NCBI GenBank assembly: GCA_051874735.1
Contig: JBJEGD010000013.1
Coordinates: 64,001-128,000 of the forward strand
Length of the DNA: 64,000 nucleotides
Source of the DNA: Candidatus Bruticola sp.
GTDB taxonomy: Bacteria; Vulcanimicrobiota; Xenobia; Xenobiales; Xenobiaceae
Reading direction: 5' to 3'
Under the pieces are notes generated by a model. That model saw nothing but the letters and a program-made list of their open reading frames with translations. It had not been told where the DNA came from and did no database searches. How positions within the stretch are numbered: the first letter of the stretch is position 1; each line of letters begins with the position of its first letter. Positions 39,618 to 51,398 of this stretch are shown piece after piece. A program made the position numbers and the translations under genes.

Positions 39618-40601
39618 TTAAATAAATTTATCAAGCAATTCAGGTATAAGTTGGCTATATACCTCTTCTAAATTGGCTGATGCGAAACGGCAGGCCGCTG
39701 CCAGAGCGTGTCCTCCTCCTGAGTGGCGAGCGGCAATATCATTGATGACAATTTTTTTAGAGCGAAGTGAAACTCGAACTTCGTTAGGCACAACCGCTTT
39801 AAATAAAGCAAAAACTTCACAGCCCTTCATAACGTTCAGACGGCCTAAAAGCATTTGCGTATCCTTCTCTTCTAAATTACAGGCCTTTAACATTTTTTCT
39901 GTCAGACAGGCTGTAACTAATTTTCCGTCAGCATAAACTTTCAGAGTTTGCAAGCACATAGACTGCAGCTTAAGATCATTTAAAGTAAAGCTGCTGAAAA
40001 GTTGGTTGTGTATGTAACTTATATCCCCTAGGATGCTGAGCAGATGAGCGGCCGCTTGATGGGTGCGAGGGGAAGTAGCAGAAAAGCGGAAGCTGCCCGA
40101 ATCGGAAACAATAGAAGTGTACAAAGCTTCAGCGCATTCGCGGTTTATTTCGACGTTCATGGCTTGGAAAACAAAATATAGCATTTCTCCCAAGGCCGCA
40201 AAACTAGGATCTATCCAGTTGAAATCAGCTGAAAGATTGTTCATAGGATGATGATCTAAATTAATAACTTTAGAACACCTTTGCGATAAATTCAGGTCTT
40301 TAGGAAGACGGCTAGGTTGAGGACATTCTAAAACTAGAGCGACGTCGAAGGAAGCACCTACGGGCAACTCGGTATGAATCTCGGCTGTACCCTTAATAAA
40401 CTTAAAAATTTCCGGCGTACCGTCAGGACTATACAGATAGTAGTTTTTGTGCAGGCTCTTCAGTATCTGAGCACAGGCTACCATGCTGCCCAGGTCGTCG
40501 CCGTCGATATTAACATGGGGTACAATTAAAAAATTATCGTGCTGCAGCAAAACTTGAGCAATCTCAAAACATGCTTGCGGAGGCTGATAAGTTAAATTCA
40601 T
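39618..40601 (-). CDS. nrnA: DHH/DHHA1 phosphoesterase (bifunctional oligoribonuclease/PAP phosphatase)
   Basis: PHVNIDGDDLGS, LDHH, SDSGSF, RVSLRS, GGGHALAA; usual position after rbfA. Confidence 0.92.
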   Translation of the reverse strand: MNLTYQPPQACFEIAQVLLQHDNFLIVPHVNIDGDDLGSMVACAQILKSLHKNYYLYSPDGTPEIFKFIKGTAEIHTELPVGASFDVALVLECPQPSRLPKDLNLSQRCSKVINLDHHPMNNLSADFNWIDPSFAALGEMLYFVFQAMNVEINRECAEALYTSIVSDSGSFRFSATSPRTHQAAAHLLSILGDISYIHNQLFSSFTLNDLKLQSMCLQTLKVYADGKLVTACLTEKMLKACNLEEKDTQMLLGRLNVMKGCEVFALFKAVVPNEVRVSLRSKKIVINDIAARHSGGGHALAAACRFASANLEEVYSQLIPELLDKFI

Positions 40602-40611
40602 AGACTTGTAG

Positions 40612-41019
40612 TTAATCCTCCTCGGGCTGTTGATTTTGGTTGTCTTGGTCTATGTTGAGGCTCTCCAGCAAACTGAAAATGTGTTCAGCTTTTTCCTGGG
40701 TTGTATCGCGGAAGAAAGCTAAAGAAGGTATATTCTTTATGCACAGTTCTTTAGCCAGTTCGTGTCGCAAAAAGCCTTTGGCTTTATTTAAGCCTTCTAC
40801 GATGGCGATCTGCCTGTCTTCTGGGGCCATAATACTGATATAAAATTTCGCTAAAGAGGTATCGGCACTGAGATCGACGTCAGTTAAAGTAATAATTTCC
40901 TGACCTTCTTTTTCGGGGGGAAAAACTGAGGGATCTTTGACACGGTGAATAATTTCGTTGCCCACTTCTAACATTAAGCCACGCAGACGTACTAAATGGT
41001 GATTCATAACTTTTTCCAC
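40612..41019 (-). CDS. rbfA: Ribosome-binding factor A (start may be ATG 41007)
   Basis: VKDP, TDVDLSAD..AKFY, LNKAKGFLR..L, IPSLAFFRD; follows infB. Confidence 0.88.
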   Translation of the reverse strand: MEKVMNHHLVRLRGLMLEVGNEIIHRVKDPSVFPPEKEGQEIITLTDVDLSADTSLAKFYISIMAPEDRQIAIVEGLNKAKGFLRHELAKELCIKNIPSLAFFRDTTQEKAEHIFSLLESLNIDQDNQNQQPEED

Positions 41020-41155
41020 AATCTTTCTATTCAGTAAAAATTTAAAACTAAAAACCGCCGCAGCCTTTAGAATAGAGAAACGGCCGCCACTTCAGAGTGA
41101 GGGGACAGCCGCATTCCGTTTAGCTAAATGGACAGCGGCGGAAATCAAACTGAGA

Positions 41156-44143
41156 CTAAAGTTCGCGCTGATGCTCCACTTTCTGGTAGCACTCGACGAT
41201 ATCGCCTTCCTGTAAATCTGCGTAGTTAGCCACGGTTAAACCGCACTCGAAGCCTTCGACCACTTCTCTGGCATCGTCTTTGAAGCGGCGCAGTGTTTCT
41301 ACCGTACTGTCGTAAATAACTACATTATCGCGGAGCAGGCGGCAGAGAGCCCCTCTGACGACCTTACCTTCAGTAACGTAACAGCCAGCTACTTTACCGA
41401 TCTTGCTAATCTTGAAAACTTGGCGCACTTCGGCTTTGCCCAGAACAACTTCCTCAATATCGGGAGTTAGTAAGCCAGACATGGCCTTCTTTATATGCTC
41501 TATGACTTCATAGATGATCCTATAAGTGCGTATCTCGACTTCTTCCATATCAGCAGAGCGCTTGACCAAGGCGCCTGGCCGCACATTGAAACCAATAATA
41601 ATGGCTTTGGAAGCGGAAGCTAGCATGACGTCGGTTTCAGAAATAGCACCTACGCCGGAGTGAATAATTTTTACAGCCACTTCATCGGTGCTTAACTTAT
41701 TCAGGGACTGAATAAGGGCTTGTAAACTACCATGGCTTTCAGCTTTGACCAGTAACTTGAGGTCTTTAGCTACGCCGTTTTTAAGATCGGCAAAGAGGCC
41801 TTCCAGAGTTTGTCGGCTATTAGAGTTTATGCGCGTATGTCTGGCTTTGGTTGTGCGGGCTTCTGATACCTGACGGGCCATTTTTTCATCTTCAACTACT
41901 TGCAGATGATCGCCGGCATCAGGCACAGCTTCCAAACCCACAATTTCGACAGGCACAGAAGGGCCGGCACTTCTAATGCCCTTGCCTTTCTCGTTGAGCA
42001 TAGCGCGCAGTCTACCCCAAGTTTTACCCACAACAACTGTGTCACCAACCTTTAAAGTGCCATTCTGCACCAGCACAGTGGCAACCGGCCCGCGTCCTTT
42101 ATCTATAGATCCTTCGATAATCGTACCTTGGGCCTTAGCGTGTGGATTAGCCATTAAATTCATAGTGTCCGCTTGAAGAATGACCAGATCTAAAAGATCG
42201 TTTAAGCCGATATTGCGCTTGGCGGAAATTTTGCACATTATCGTGTCGCCGCCCCACTCTTCAGCTAACAGTCCGTACTCAGTAAGTTGAGTCATCACTC
42301 TGTCGGGATTAGACTCGGGGAGGTCTATTTTATTAATAGCTACGATAATAGGTAAATTAGCCGCTCTAGCATGGTTAATAGCTTCGACCGTTTGAGGCAT
42401 AACGCCATCATTAGCCGCTACTACCAAAATAGCTATATCAGTAATCGCAGCTCCTCTAGCTCTCATCTGAGTGAAAGCCTCGTGTCCGGGAGTATCGATA
42501 AAGGTAACTTTGCGACCGTCGTGGATGACAGTATAAGCACCTATAGTTTGAGTAATACCTCCAGCTTCTCCTGAAACAACAGAAGTACGGCGGATGGCGT
42601 CTAAAAGGGAAGTTTTACCGTGGTCTACATGGCCCAAAACGGAAATAACTGGTGGACGGGGGGTAACATTGCCTTCATCTCCGTCAATCAGCTCTAAGGG
42701 GACGTCTTCGGTAGACATTTCACCGACTTTATAACCGTAAGAAATAGCCAGATCGCGGGCTTCTTCGTAGGAAAGAGCCTGGTTAATAGAAACCATCTTG
42801 CCCTGACGGACGAAGGTACTGATTAAATTGTTAGCCGGACGCCCCATACGGGTGGCTAAATCTGCCAGGGAAATAACTTCCGGAATTACGATAGTTTTCT
42901 CTTGAGGCTGCACAGTTGACGGCTGAGTCTGATTGTGCTGATTGCGCTGCCCGTTTCGGTTGGGGGTATTGCCGCGCTGTCCTCGCTGATTGGCTCCGCC
43001 TCGGTTAGCCGCACCACCGCGCTGATTATTATTAGCTCCGCGTCCTTGGGCATTGCTGCGCACCTGGCCGCGGCCTTGAGAGGTGTGAGATTGAGAACCT
43101 CCGCGTCCGTTCATGCTATTGCGGCTCTGCTGGGCGCTGTTGTGTCCGCCTTTGTTGCGAGGAAGACGTCCCTCGCCGGAATTGCGTCCACCTCGACCAC
43201 CTTCAAAAACCGCCCTGGGAGCGGTAAAATCGGAAGATGAAAAGGCGTCTTCTATAGAAATGCCCGTCATGGGAGTGGAAAGAGAAATGCTTTCGTCTTG
43301 CTGAATGCCCATTTCTTCAGGAGAAATGATGGGCAGATCAACTAACTCTTTTTCGTTTTCTTCGTCGTAAACATCATCGATAAGGCGTTTATTAGAGGAA
43401 CGCTTGCGGTTTTGTTCTTTGGCTAAAATCGCACGCTGAGCCGCCTCTTTTTCAGCAGCTTCTCTTTCTGCTGCTTCTTTCTCGGCCGCTTCTCTGGCGG
43501 CGGCTTCTCTTTCAGCTGCTTCTTTCGCTTCTTTTTCAGCAGCCTGTCGAGCTGCTTCTTGAGCTGCGGCCTCTCTCTCAGCTGCTTCCCTGGCGGCTTT
43601 TTCAGCGGCTTCGCGGGCCGCTTGCTGAGCTCTCTCTTCCTCGGCAGCTAATTTATTAGCCGTCTCTTGAGCACGCAAGGCTGGGCTGATGCTGCGGGGA
43701 ATAGGGCGAAGCCCGCCATTTAAAGTAGCTCGCCTAAAGGCACCGGCTGTCTGTCTAACTTTGACATTGCTGGTGCGAATGGGGCGTGCCGCTATATTAT
43801 CTTCATGGCGGTTCACCTTGCGCTCAATAAGAGCCTGTTTCTCTTCCTGAGTTGCGCGCTTGGCAATACGAACTGCCGGCTTGCTGGCTGCTGCTTTAGC
43901 TTGAGCTTCTTCTTCCATAGCTCTATTTTTGGCTTGAGCTTCGCGGCGCAGCTGCTCAAGGTGAGGAGTAACCGTCTCGCGAACTTTCTGGACAGCCTCA
44001 TTAGGAATGCTGTTAGCCGCAGTCTTAACGGGATAGCCCATGCCTCTGAGGATATTGATCAGAGATTTGCTGTCTTCGATGCCTAGTTCTCTGGCTAATT
44101 CATATACACGAATTTTGCCTCCGGCATTGGTATTGCTGCTCAT
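41156..44143 (-). CDS. infB: Translation initiation factor IF-2
   Basis: [12 protein letters not shown]-domain, [21 protein letters not shown]-terminal GFECG. Confidence 0.99.
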   Translation of the reverse strand: MSSNTNAGGKIRVYELARELGIEDSKSLINILRGMGYPVKTAANSIPNEAVQKVRETVTPHLEQLRREAQAKNRAMEEEAQAKAAASKPAVRIAKRATQEEKQALIERKVNRHEDNIAARPIRTSNVKVRQTAGAFRRATLNGGLRPIPRSISPALRAQETANKLAAEEERAQQAAREAAEKAAREAAEREAAAQEAARQAAEKEAKEAAEREAAAREAAEKEAAEREAAEKEAAQRAILAKEQNRKRSSNKRLIDDVYDEENEKELVDLPIISPEEMGIQQDESISLSTPMTGISIEDAFSSSDFTAPRAVFEGGRGGRNSGEGRLPRNKGGHNSAQQSRNSMNGRGGSQSHTSQGRGQVRSNAQGRGANNNQRGGAANRGGANQRGQRGNTPNRNGQRNQHNQTQPSTVQPQEKTIVIPEVISLADLATRMGRPANNLISTFVRQGKMVSINQALSYEEARDLAISYGYKVGEMSTEDVPLELIDGDEGNVTPRPPVISVLGHVDHGKTSLLDAIRRTSVVSGEAGGITQTIGAYTVIHDGRKVTFIDTPGHEAFTQMRARGAAITDIAILVVAANDGVMPQTVEAINHARAANLPIIVAINKIDLPESNPDRVMTQLTEYGLLAEEWGGDTIMCKISAKRNIGLNDLLDLVILQADTMNLMANPHAKAQGTIIEGSIDKGRGPVATVLVQNGTLKVGDTVVVGKTWGRLRAMLNEKGKGIRSAGPSVPVEIVGLEAVPDAGDHLQVVEDEKMARQVSEARTTKARHTRINSNSRQTLEGLFADLKNGVAKDLKLLVKAESHGSLQALIQSLNKLSTDEVAVKIIHSGVGAISETDVMLASASKAIIIGFNVRPGALVKRSADMEEVEIRTYRIIYEVIEHIKKAMSGLLTPDIEEVVLGKAEVRQVFKISKIGKVAGCYVTEGKVVRGALCRLLRDNVVIYDSTVETLRRFKDDAREVVEGFECGLTVANYADLQEGDIVECYQKVEHQREL
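43437..43630 (-). repeat. Low-complexity (E/A/R/K) helical repeat in the IF-2 linker
   Basis: [61 protein letters not shown]. Confidence 0.8.
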
Positions 44144-44157
44144 AAATCTTTCACTTC

Positions 44158-44472
44158 CTAACTACAAGATGCTGCCGCAGGTTCGGTCTGGTTCGATTTT
44201 TGCTGCTCTAACTGCAAGCTGAGCCACAGGAGAGCTTCCCCGGATAACTTTGCGCTGAAATTCTTACGCAGCCGCTTGTCTTTCTCTAGTTTTTGTAGAC
44301 ATTCGGCAGAGCGACATATGTAAAAACCCTTGCCGCATATTCTGCCGTCTTGATTAACGACAATTTCACCGCCGCCCGTAGGTCTGACTAGGCGAAACAG
44401 CTCGTCTCTGGATTTTACTCGACGACACGCCACGCACATGCGCTCAGGAATTTTAGACGAGCCGGTTGACAC
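44158..44472 (-). CDS. ylxR: YlxR/DUF448 family RNA-binding protein
   Basis: PERMCVACR..ELFRLV..GKGFYIC...C; located between nusA and infB. Confidence 0.88.
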   Translation of the reverse strand: MSTGSSKIPERMCVACRRVKSRDELFRLVRPTGGGEIVVNQDGRICGKGFYICRSAECLQKLEKDKRLRKNFSAKLSGEALLWLSLQLEQQKSNQTEPAAASCS

Positions 44473-44475
44473 GCC

Positions 44476-45585
44476 TTACTCTCCTTCGCTGACATCTGTC
44501 CCAGAAGTCTGTTTCTTGGCAGCCTCAGCAGCAGCGCTTGATTCACTCTTGATATCGATATGCCACCCGGTAAGCTTAGCGGCCAGGCGAGCATTCTGAC
44601 CTTCACGCCCTATAGCTAAAGGCAGCTGCTGATCAGGGACGATAACCACAGCATTGTTTTGCTCTTTATTGGGGATGACCTTAGTGACTCGGCTGGGCTG
44701 CAGAGCATTAGCAATGAACTCTTCAATGTTTTCCGACCAAGGAATAACATCGATCTTTTCGTTGCGCAGTTCTTCGACGATACCTTGAACGCGACTACCC
44801 TTAGGACCTACGCAAGCTCCTACTGGATCTACGTTAGGATCAGTCGATCTGACAGCTATTTTAGAGCGCAGACCAGCCTCGCGGACTACCGCTTTAACTT
44901 GCACAATGCCCTTCTCAATTTCAGGAACCTGGCTTTCGAATAAGCACTTGAGCAATCCTGGAGAGGAACGGGACAGAATAATCTGCGGACCGTGTTGCCC
45001 CTCTTTTACATCTATTACCAAAGCTTTTATGTGGTCGCCAATGTGGAAAAATTCGTTGTGAGCTTGCTCAGAAGGGGGAATTACACCCTCAGCTCGGCCT
45101 AAATTGACCGTAATTTCCCTACGCTCGTGGCGGGTGACGGTGCCGCTCATAAGTTTCCCGCGTCTGTCGCTGAATTCATCGCGGATTATATCGCGCTCAA
45201 ATTCACGCATGCGCTGGAGAATAACCTGCTTGGCACTTTGAGCAGCTATGCGACCGAAACTATCGTTGCTAGTTTCAATGTCGATTTCCATACCCACTTC
45301 GACATTAGGCGCTAATTGTTCAGCCTCTTCCAGCTTTATTTCTTTGTTGCTGTCGATAACTTCAGGAACAACAGTTTTGCGTACCCAAATGTGCAACTCA
45401 GCAGTGTTGTGATCTAACTCGACGATAACCTGCTGATTATTGCCGTAGTTGCGTTCATAGGCTTTCTGAAGGGCATCTTCAATGGCCTCTATGATTTTGT
45501 CTTTAGGCAGTTTGCGCTCGCGCTCAAGAGCATCGAGCGCTGCTAAAAGTTGTTCCCTCTGATCTTTACTCATCATCTCTGACAT
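44476..45585 (-). CDS. nusA: Transcription termination/antitermination factor NusA
   Basis: FGRIAAQSAKQVI, S1 domain, REAGLRSKIAV, DPVGACVG, LAIGREGQNARLAAKLTGWHIDIK. Confidence 0.99.
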   Translation of the reverse strand: MSEMMSKDQREQLLAALDALERERKLPKDKIIEAIEDALQKAYERNYGNNQQVIVELDHNTAELHIWVRKTVVPEVIDSNKEIKLEEAEQLAPNVEVGMEIDIETSNDSFGRIAAQSAKQVILQRMREFERDIIRDEFSDRRGKLMSGTVTRHERREITVNLGRAEGVIPPSEQAHNEFFHIGDHIKALVIDVKEGQHGPQIILSRSSPGLLKCLFESQVPEIEKGIVQVKAVVREAGLRSKIAVRSTDPNVDPVGACVGPKGSRVQGIVEELRNEKIDVIPWSENIEEFIANALQPSRVTKVIPNKEQNNAVVIVPDQQLPLAIGREGQNARLAAKLTGWHIDIKSESSAAAEAAKKQTSGTDVSEGE

Positions 45586-45602
45586 TTTTGCTGCGCTGCT
45601 CC

Positions 45603-45935
45603 TTAATTCAGTTCTGTTCCGACGTTTTCATTGCAAGGGTCAGGCGAAACATCTGAGCCGGGTGAAGAAACCTCTAAATAGTAAGTTCCCTTAATAGGAT
45701 CTAACTCGTCTAGACGCTTAGATAAAGGACGGTGCACCTGAGTGCAATCTTCGAGTGTAACTGGAATCGACTTACCCTCGGGCTCTCCTGCCTCGTGATC
45801 TACCGTCACTCTCAAATACCAAAGGCCGTCCTCTCGTATGAACTCAACTTTCTTAATTATTAAACCTAAGGGTTGAGCTATGAGGGCGGCTTCTCTGCGG
45901 ATTAAATCTAGAGCTTTTTCGCTTATTTTCGCCAA
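45603..45935 (-). CDS. rimP: Ribosome maturation factor RimP, N-terminal domain only
   Basis: LRVTVD..VTLEDC..LSKRLDELDPI...YLEVSSPG; first gene of the nusA-infB operon; ends 17 aa after SSPG. Confidence 0.88.
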   Translation of the reverse strand: MAKISEKALDLIRREAALIAQPLGLIIKKVEFIREDGLWYLRVTVDHEAGEPEGKSIPVTLEDCTQVHRPLSKRLDELDPIKGTYYLEVSSPGSDVSPDPCNENVGTELN

Positions 45936-46005
45936 GTGGAACTTCCTTCAGAAATGCAAACAATTCTTAAATGGCCCTCTGCTTTGAGGAAGCATTTGCT
46001 CACAG

Positions 46006-46031
46006 AAAAAAAGAGCGGCAGAACCACTCTT
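46006..46031 (-). promoter_or_regulatory. rimP-leader-like hairpin/attenuator upstream of rimP
   Basis: Minus-strand AAGAGTGG-TTCTG-CCGCTCTTTTTTT resembles the AGAGTGGG..CCCRCTCTTTT hairpin common upstream of rimP-nusA operons. Confidence 0.6.
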
Positions 46032-46425
46032 AACACAGAAGGCAAAAAGATACATGCGAACTATATCATATAAAGTAACTGTGTGCAAGCATTTCTAAAT
46101 ACGTTCCTGCAGGAAGAAACTGCCTGATTATAAGCCTATTTTATGCATTTTTTGATCTGTAGAAGATGTTGCTAATATCTAAGCTCGGAAAAAATCTATC
46201 ATTCTTCTAACGTTTGCCTACTTGTTTTGTTTTCAGTCAACAGCTATAAATTATAGGTGAGAAGCAGCGCAAGCTGTGCCTGTAAAAATTGCTAAGAAAA
46301 AAACAAGACATAGGTCTTTTTTATTATATTGCAGTTTGGAACGGTTCGTTGTTCGTTTCCTCCTCTAAGTCGGGGGAGGACTGCTGGAGCTGAGCGCGGA
46401 CATCCCAAAAACTGGAGGTAAAAAA

Positions 46426-46713
46426 ATGTCTAGTATTCGTCCTTTAGGCGAGCGTATTATCGTAAAGCCTGCACCTTCCGAGGAAAAGACTGCCGGCGGT
46501 TTGTTTATTCCTGAGACTGCCAAAGAAAAGCCCCAAAAGGGCGAAGTTATTGCTGTTGGCCCAGGCCGCAGATCTGAAGACGGCGAGTATCTTCCTATGG
46601 AAGTTAAGGTCGGAGATAAAGTTTTATACGGAAAATATTCCGGTACAGAGCTTAAGTTAGATGGAGAGATATACCTCATTATAAAAGAGAGTGATATTTT
46701 AGCCGTTCTGTAG
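46426..46713 (+). CDS. groES: Co-chaperonin GroES
   Basis: [40 protein letters not shown]. Confidence 0.99.
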   Translation: MSSIRPLGERIIVKPAPSEEKTAGGLFIPETAKEKPQKGEVIAVGPGRRSEDGEYLPMEVKVGDKVLYGKYSGTELKLDGEIYLIIKESDILAVL

Positions 46714-46787
46714 GAACGTCTTTTAGTTGGGGGAAGATTTCCCATCAGTTAATTCTATTACTTGCAATTATTTATAATTTCATATAA

Positions 46788-48437
<1,650 letters not shown>

Positions 48438-48451
48438 TTAACTATATAGTA

Positions 48452-48500
48452 CGGCTGCTGTTTCTTATATAAATGTAAGGATTGGCAGCCGAGTTTTTTT
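48452..48500 (+). terminator. Intrinsic terminator after groEL (a second hairpin with T run follows at about 48504-48556)
   Basis: CGGCTGC...GCAGCCG stem followed by AG and a T8 run. Confidence 0.75.
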
Positions 48501-48762
48501 GATAGGTTCGCTTACTGTTGTTCCTGCGGGAAAGTTAGGGTAGCGGCCTTTTTTTGTTGCTTATTTAGGCATAAAAAAATTAATTAGTAATTAACTGCAC
48601 ATTGTCGTTTTCTGTATATGGATAAACAGACAGCTTTTTTATGACTACAGAAAAACGTCTGGGGGGAATGTCTTTAGGTTAAGCTAAAATCCTTAGTTAT
48701 AAGTTCGCAATATTATTCAGATTTTGCTTCTGGAATCGATCCAGATAGAGGAGGGGGCTTTT

Positions 48763-50100
48763 ATGCCCAAACTTTCTGCTCGCATTGCTCAGCGCAAGCC
48801 CACAGCTATACGCAATGCCAGTATAAGATTTGCTGAGAGAAAAGACGGATGTGAAGCTGTGAATGTAGCCATAGGTAATGTTAAACTGCCTATGCATCCG
48901 GCGATGATTGATCGTCTCAAAAATTTAGATCGTCCTGACAGTCCATTTAAAGACGGCGTAGTTTGTTACAGTTCGACTGCTGGACTAGAAGAGACTCGTC
49001 AAGCTTTCATGAATGTACTTCAGTGTACCGGATTTAATGTTGAAGGATTGCATGTACAAGTAACAGATGGCGGAAGCCAGGCCATGGAATTATTGACAGC
49101 AGCCTGCTGTGGTTTCGATGGAGAAGAAGATCGGCCTCTATTGTTAGTAGACGCCGCTTATACTAACTACTGTTCCTTCGCTCATCGTTTAGGGAGACGC
49201 ACCGTTTCTTTTTCTCGCCGTTTAGATAGCAGCGGCCGTTTCAATTTGCCTTCTTTGCACGACATAGAGAAGTTAATCGTTAAGGAGCATCCTGGTGCGT
49301 TAGTAGTTATTCCTTACGATAATCCAACTGGTCAACTTTATACTCACCAAATGATGGTCGACTTTGCTAAGTTGTGTATAAGGTATAATCTGTGGTTCAT
49401 TTCTGATGAAGCTTATCGTGAGCTCCACTATGTAGAGGGCTTAAAGGGGCCAGTTAGTATTTGGGGGATAACTGAAGAAGAGGCTCCAGGTATTACTGGA
49501 GTGCGCATCAGCATTGAAACGACCTCTAAAGCTTGGAATGGTTGCGGTTTACGGGTCGGCGCCTTGGTTACGGATAATGAGGAGTTGCACAGACGTTTAG
49601 TAGCTGAAAATACGGTCAACCTGTGCACGAATACCATCGGACAATGGATTTTTGGTGCGGTTGCTCATTTAAATAGAGAAGAGGTTTGTGCTTGGTTTGC
49701 TAAGCAACGTCTGTATTATAAGCCTTTGATGCAGAATTTTAATCGCGATATGCGTCAGGCTCTGCCTGGAGTAATTGTCAGCCGAGCAGATGCTTCTCTT
49801 TATGAAGTGGTCGATTTTAGAGAGATTGTCAGCCATAAATTTAATGCAGATAATTTTGTGGTGTGGTGCGCCTCAGAGGGTTATGTTATGCGCGATGGTC
49901 ATAAGGTAACGCTGCTGACGGCTCCTATGCCTGAATTCTATAATGTTGTTGAAGGACAGGAAAATTTGGGACGCACCCAACTGCGCATCGCTTTTGTCGA
50001 AACGCCAGAAAATTTGGCCAAGGTCCCCGACCTGCTTAGCAGCCTTTTCCGCGAGTATTTGCGCCTTTATCCCGATATGGCTAAAAGGAAAGTCTGCTGA
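48763..50100 (+). CDS. PLP-dependent aminotransferase class I/II
   Basis: TDGGSQA, DNPTG, ISDEAY, TTSKAWNGCGLRVG (PLP lysine); GAGGAGG SD before ATG 48763. Confidence 0.88.
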   Translation: MPKLSARIAQRKPTAIRNASIRFAERKDGCEAVNVAIGNVKLPMHPAMIDRLKNLDRPDSPFKDGVVCYSSTAGLEETRQAFMNVLQCTGFNVEGLHVQVTDGGSQAMELLTAACCGFDGEEDRPLLLVDAAYTNYCSFAHRLGRRTVSFSRRLDSSGRFNLPSLHDIEKLIVKEHPGALVVIPYDNPTGQLYTHQMMVDFAKLCIRYNLWFISDEAYRELHYVEGLKGPVSIWGITEEEAPGITGVRISIETTSKAWNGCGLRVGALVTDNEELHRRLVAENTVNLCTNTIGQWIFGAVAHLNREEVCAWFAKQRLYYKPLMQNFNRDMRQALPGVIVSRADASLYEVVDFREIVSHKFNADNFVVWCASEGYVMRDGHKVTLLTAPMPEFYNVVEGQENLGRTQLRIAFVETPENLAKVPDLLSSLFREYLRLYPDMAKRKVC

Positions 50101-50183
50101 AAATTATTGACAAAAAGGTGGGCGGCGGTCAGGGGGGAAAACTTGATCCCTTTGGGGTTACAGGCGCTATTTTTTTTGATCTC

Positions 50184-50212
50184 TTGACAGATAGACTCGT
50201 TTTGTGTAATAT
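50184..50212 (+). promoter_or_regulatory. sigma70 promoter of tRNA-Tyr
   Basis: TTGACA-N17-TAATAT. Confidence 0.75.
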
Positions 50213-50224
50213 ACTGCACGTTAC

Positions 50225-50311
50225 GGGTACGTGGCAGAGTGGACAATTGCATCAGACTGTAAATCTGACGCGCGACGCGCTACAGAGGTTCGAATCCTTT
50301 CGTGCCCACCA
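50225..50311 (+). tRNA. tRNA-Tyr (anticodon GTA)
   Basis: GGGTACG/CGTGCCC acceptor stem, TCAGA-CT-GTA-AA-TCTGA arm, long variable arm, GGTTCGAATCC, encoded CCA. Confidence 0.97.
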
Positions 50312-50489
50312 TAAAGAGGAGAAATTCCGTCTCAGCGGTTGCTGGGGCGGTTTTTTTTTGCTATTTTTAAGGAAAGGTGGAGGTTGGCTGCAGCTAATAC
50401 TTGTAAACTTATATAAGTTCAATATTGGTAGAACGTAATTTTATATTGAAGGAAACGGGCAGAATTAACAATTCTGTTTAGGTGCTAAA

Positions 50490-51332
50490 TTGAGCAAGCT
50501 GATAAATATTAAACGAGAGCCTAAGTCTCAGTTCAAAAAAATGGCAGCCGTTTTTGGTTACGTCTGCTTTTTTTTAGTTATATGTTTAAGTTTTTACAGC
50601 TGCGGTAGCTATTATAGTTACACAGATTATTTAAATAAGCTACCCCGAATAACCAGCCGCGAAGAATTGGATGAAGCCCTATTAGGGTTGGCGCGCTACT
50701 ATGTCGTTTATAACGCACCTATTAGCGGTCAGCCTGCGGAAGATCCTTTTCATATTCTAAATGAAGGACAGGTGGCCATATACTTTCAATGTGAGGAGTA
50801 CGTTCAAGAAGAATCGGAAGATGATGACGGCAACGTTGAATATGAATACAGGTGGGAGAGAGTTGGCCAACAAGATAAAATAACAAAATCGGAAAGAGCT
50901 TTTATTTACAAAAATGTACCCTTGAATTTGGCTGATTGTGAAATCAACGGCTGGGAAAAAGTTAAAGATCAAAAAGATTTCCTGCCCTCTATAGTTTCAG
51001 CTAGGAAAAATGTTCTGCCTCTTCTTTCCGGTTTGTATTATCCTCAATGTGTGGGAGACTTTGTTGGCAACAGGCGCTATGTTGTTAAGTTAATGAGACA
51101 GAATGCTCCAGTTACTTTTACAGCTGTTGTAGGTGATGGAAAAGTTGATGTCGTTTATGTAAAAAGCAGTTATGCTTTTGCTTTTTTTGAACCTGAGCAT
51201 CCTGATCTATTTATTAATGGCGACATGAAAAATCTGCATAGCACTGCTCTTACCGATTATTTCTTAGTTGTGGGATGTGCTTGGGGATTGTTGTTTGTTG
51301 GGACAATAACCTACAAAATATTTGAGTTTTAG
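50490..51332 (+). CDS. Hypothetical membrane protein (N- and C-terminal TM helices flanking an extracytoplasmic domain)
   Basis: 280-aa ORF, two terminal hydrophobic helices, acidic EEESEDDDGN hairpin; AT-rich. Confidence 0.7.
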   Translation: MSKLINIKREPKSQFKKMAAVFGYVCFFLVICLSFYSCGSYYSYTDYLNKLPRITSREELDEALLGLARYYVVYNAPISGQPAEDPFHILNEGQVAIYFQCEEYVQEESEDDDGNVEYEYRWERVGQQDKITKSERAFIYKNVPLNLADCEINGWEKVKDQKDFLPSIVSARKNVLPLLSGLYYPQCVGDFVGNRRYVVKLMRQNAPVTFTAVVGDGKVDVVYVKSSYAFAFFEPEHPDLFINGDMKNLHSTALTDYFLVVGCAWGLLFVGTITYKIFEF

Positions 51333-51398
51333 AAAAAAATCTATCCCCCTCCGATATGGCGATCGTCGGGGGATCGTTATTTTTAAATTAGCTATTTT

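Noticed and set aside
42900-43630. Repeats in infB as a novel element
   Set aside because: EAA-rich and G/N/R-rich low-complexity linkers are ordinary in IF-2 N-terminal regions.
50118-50438. 106-aa plus-strand ORF
   Set aside because: Spans the tRNA-Tyr gene, its promoter and its terminator.
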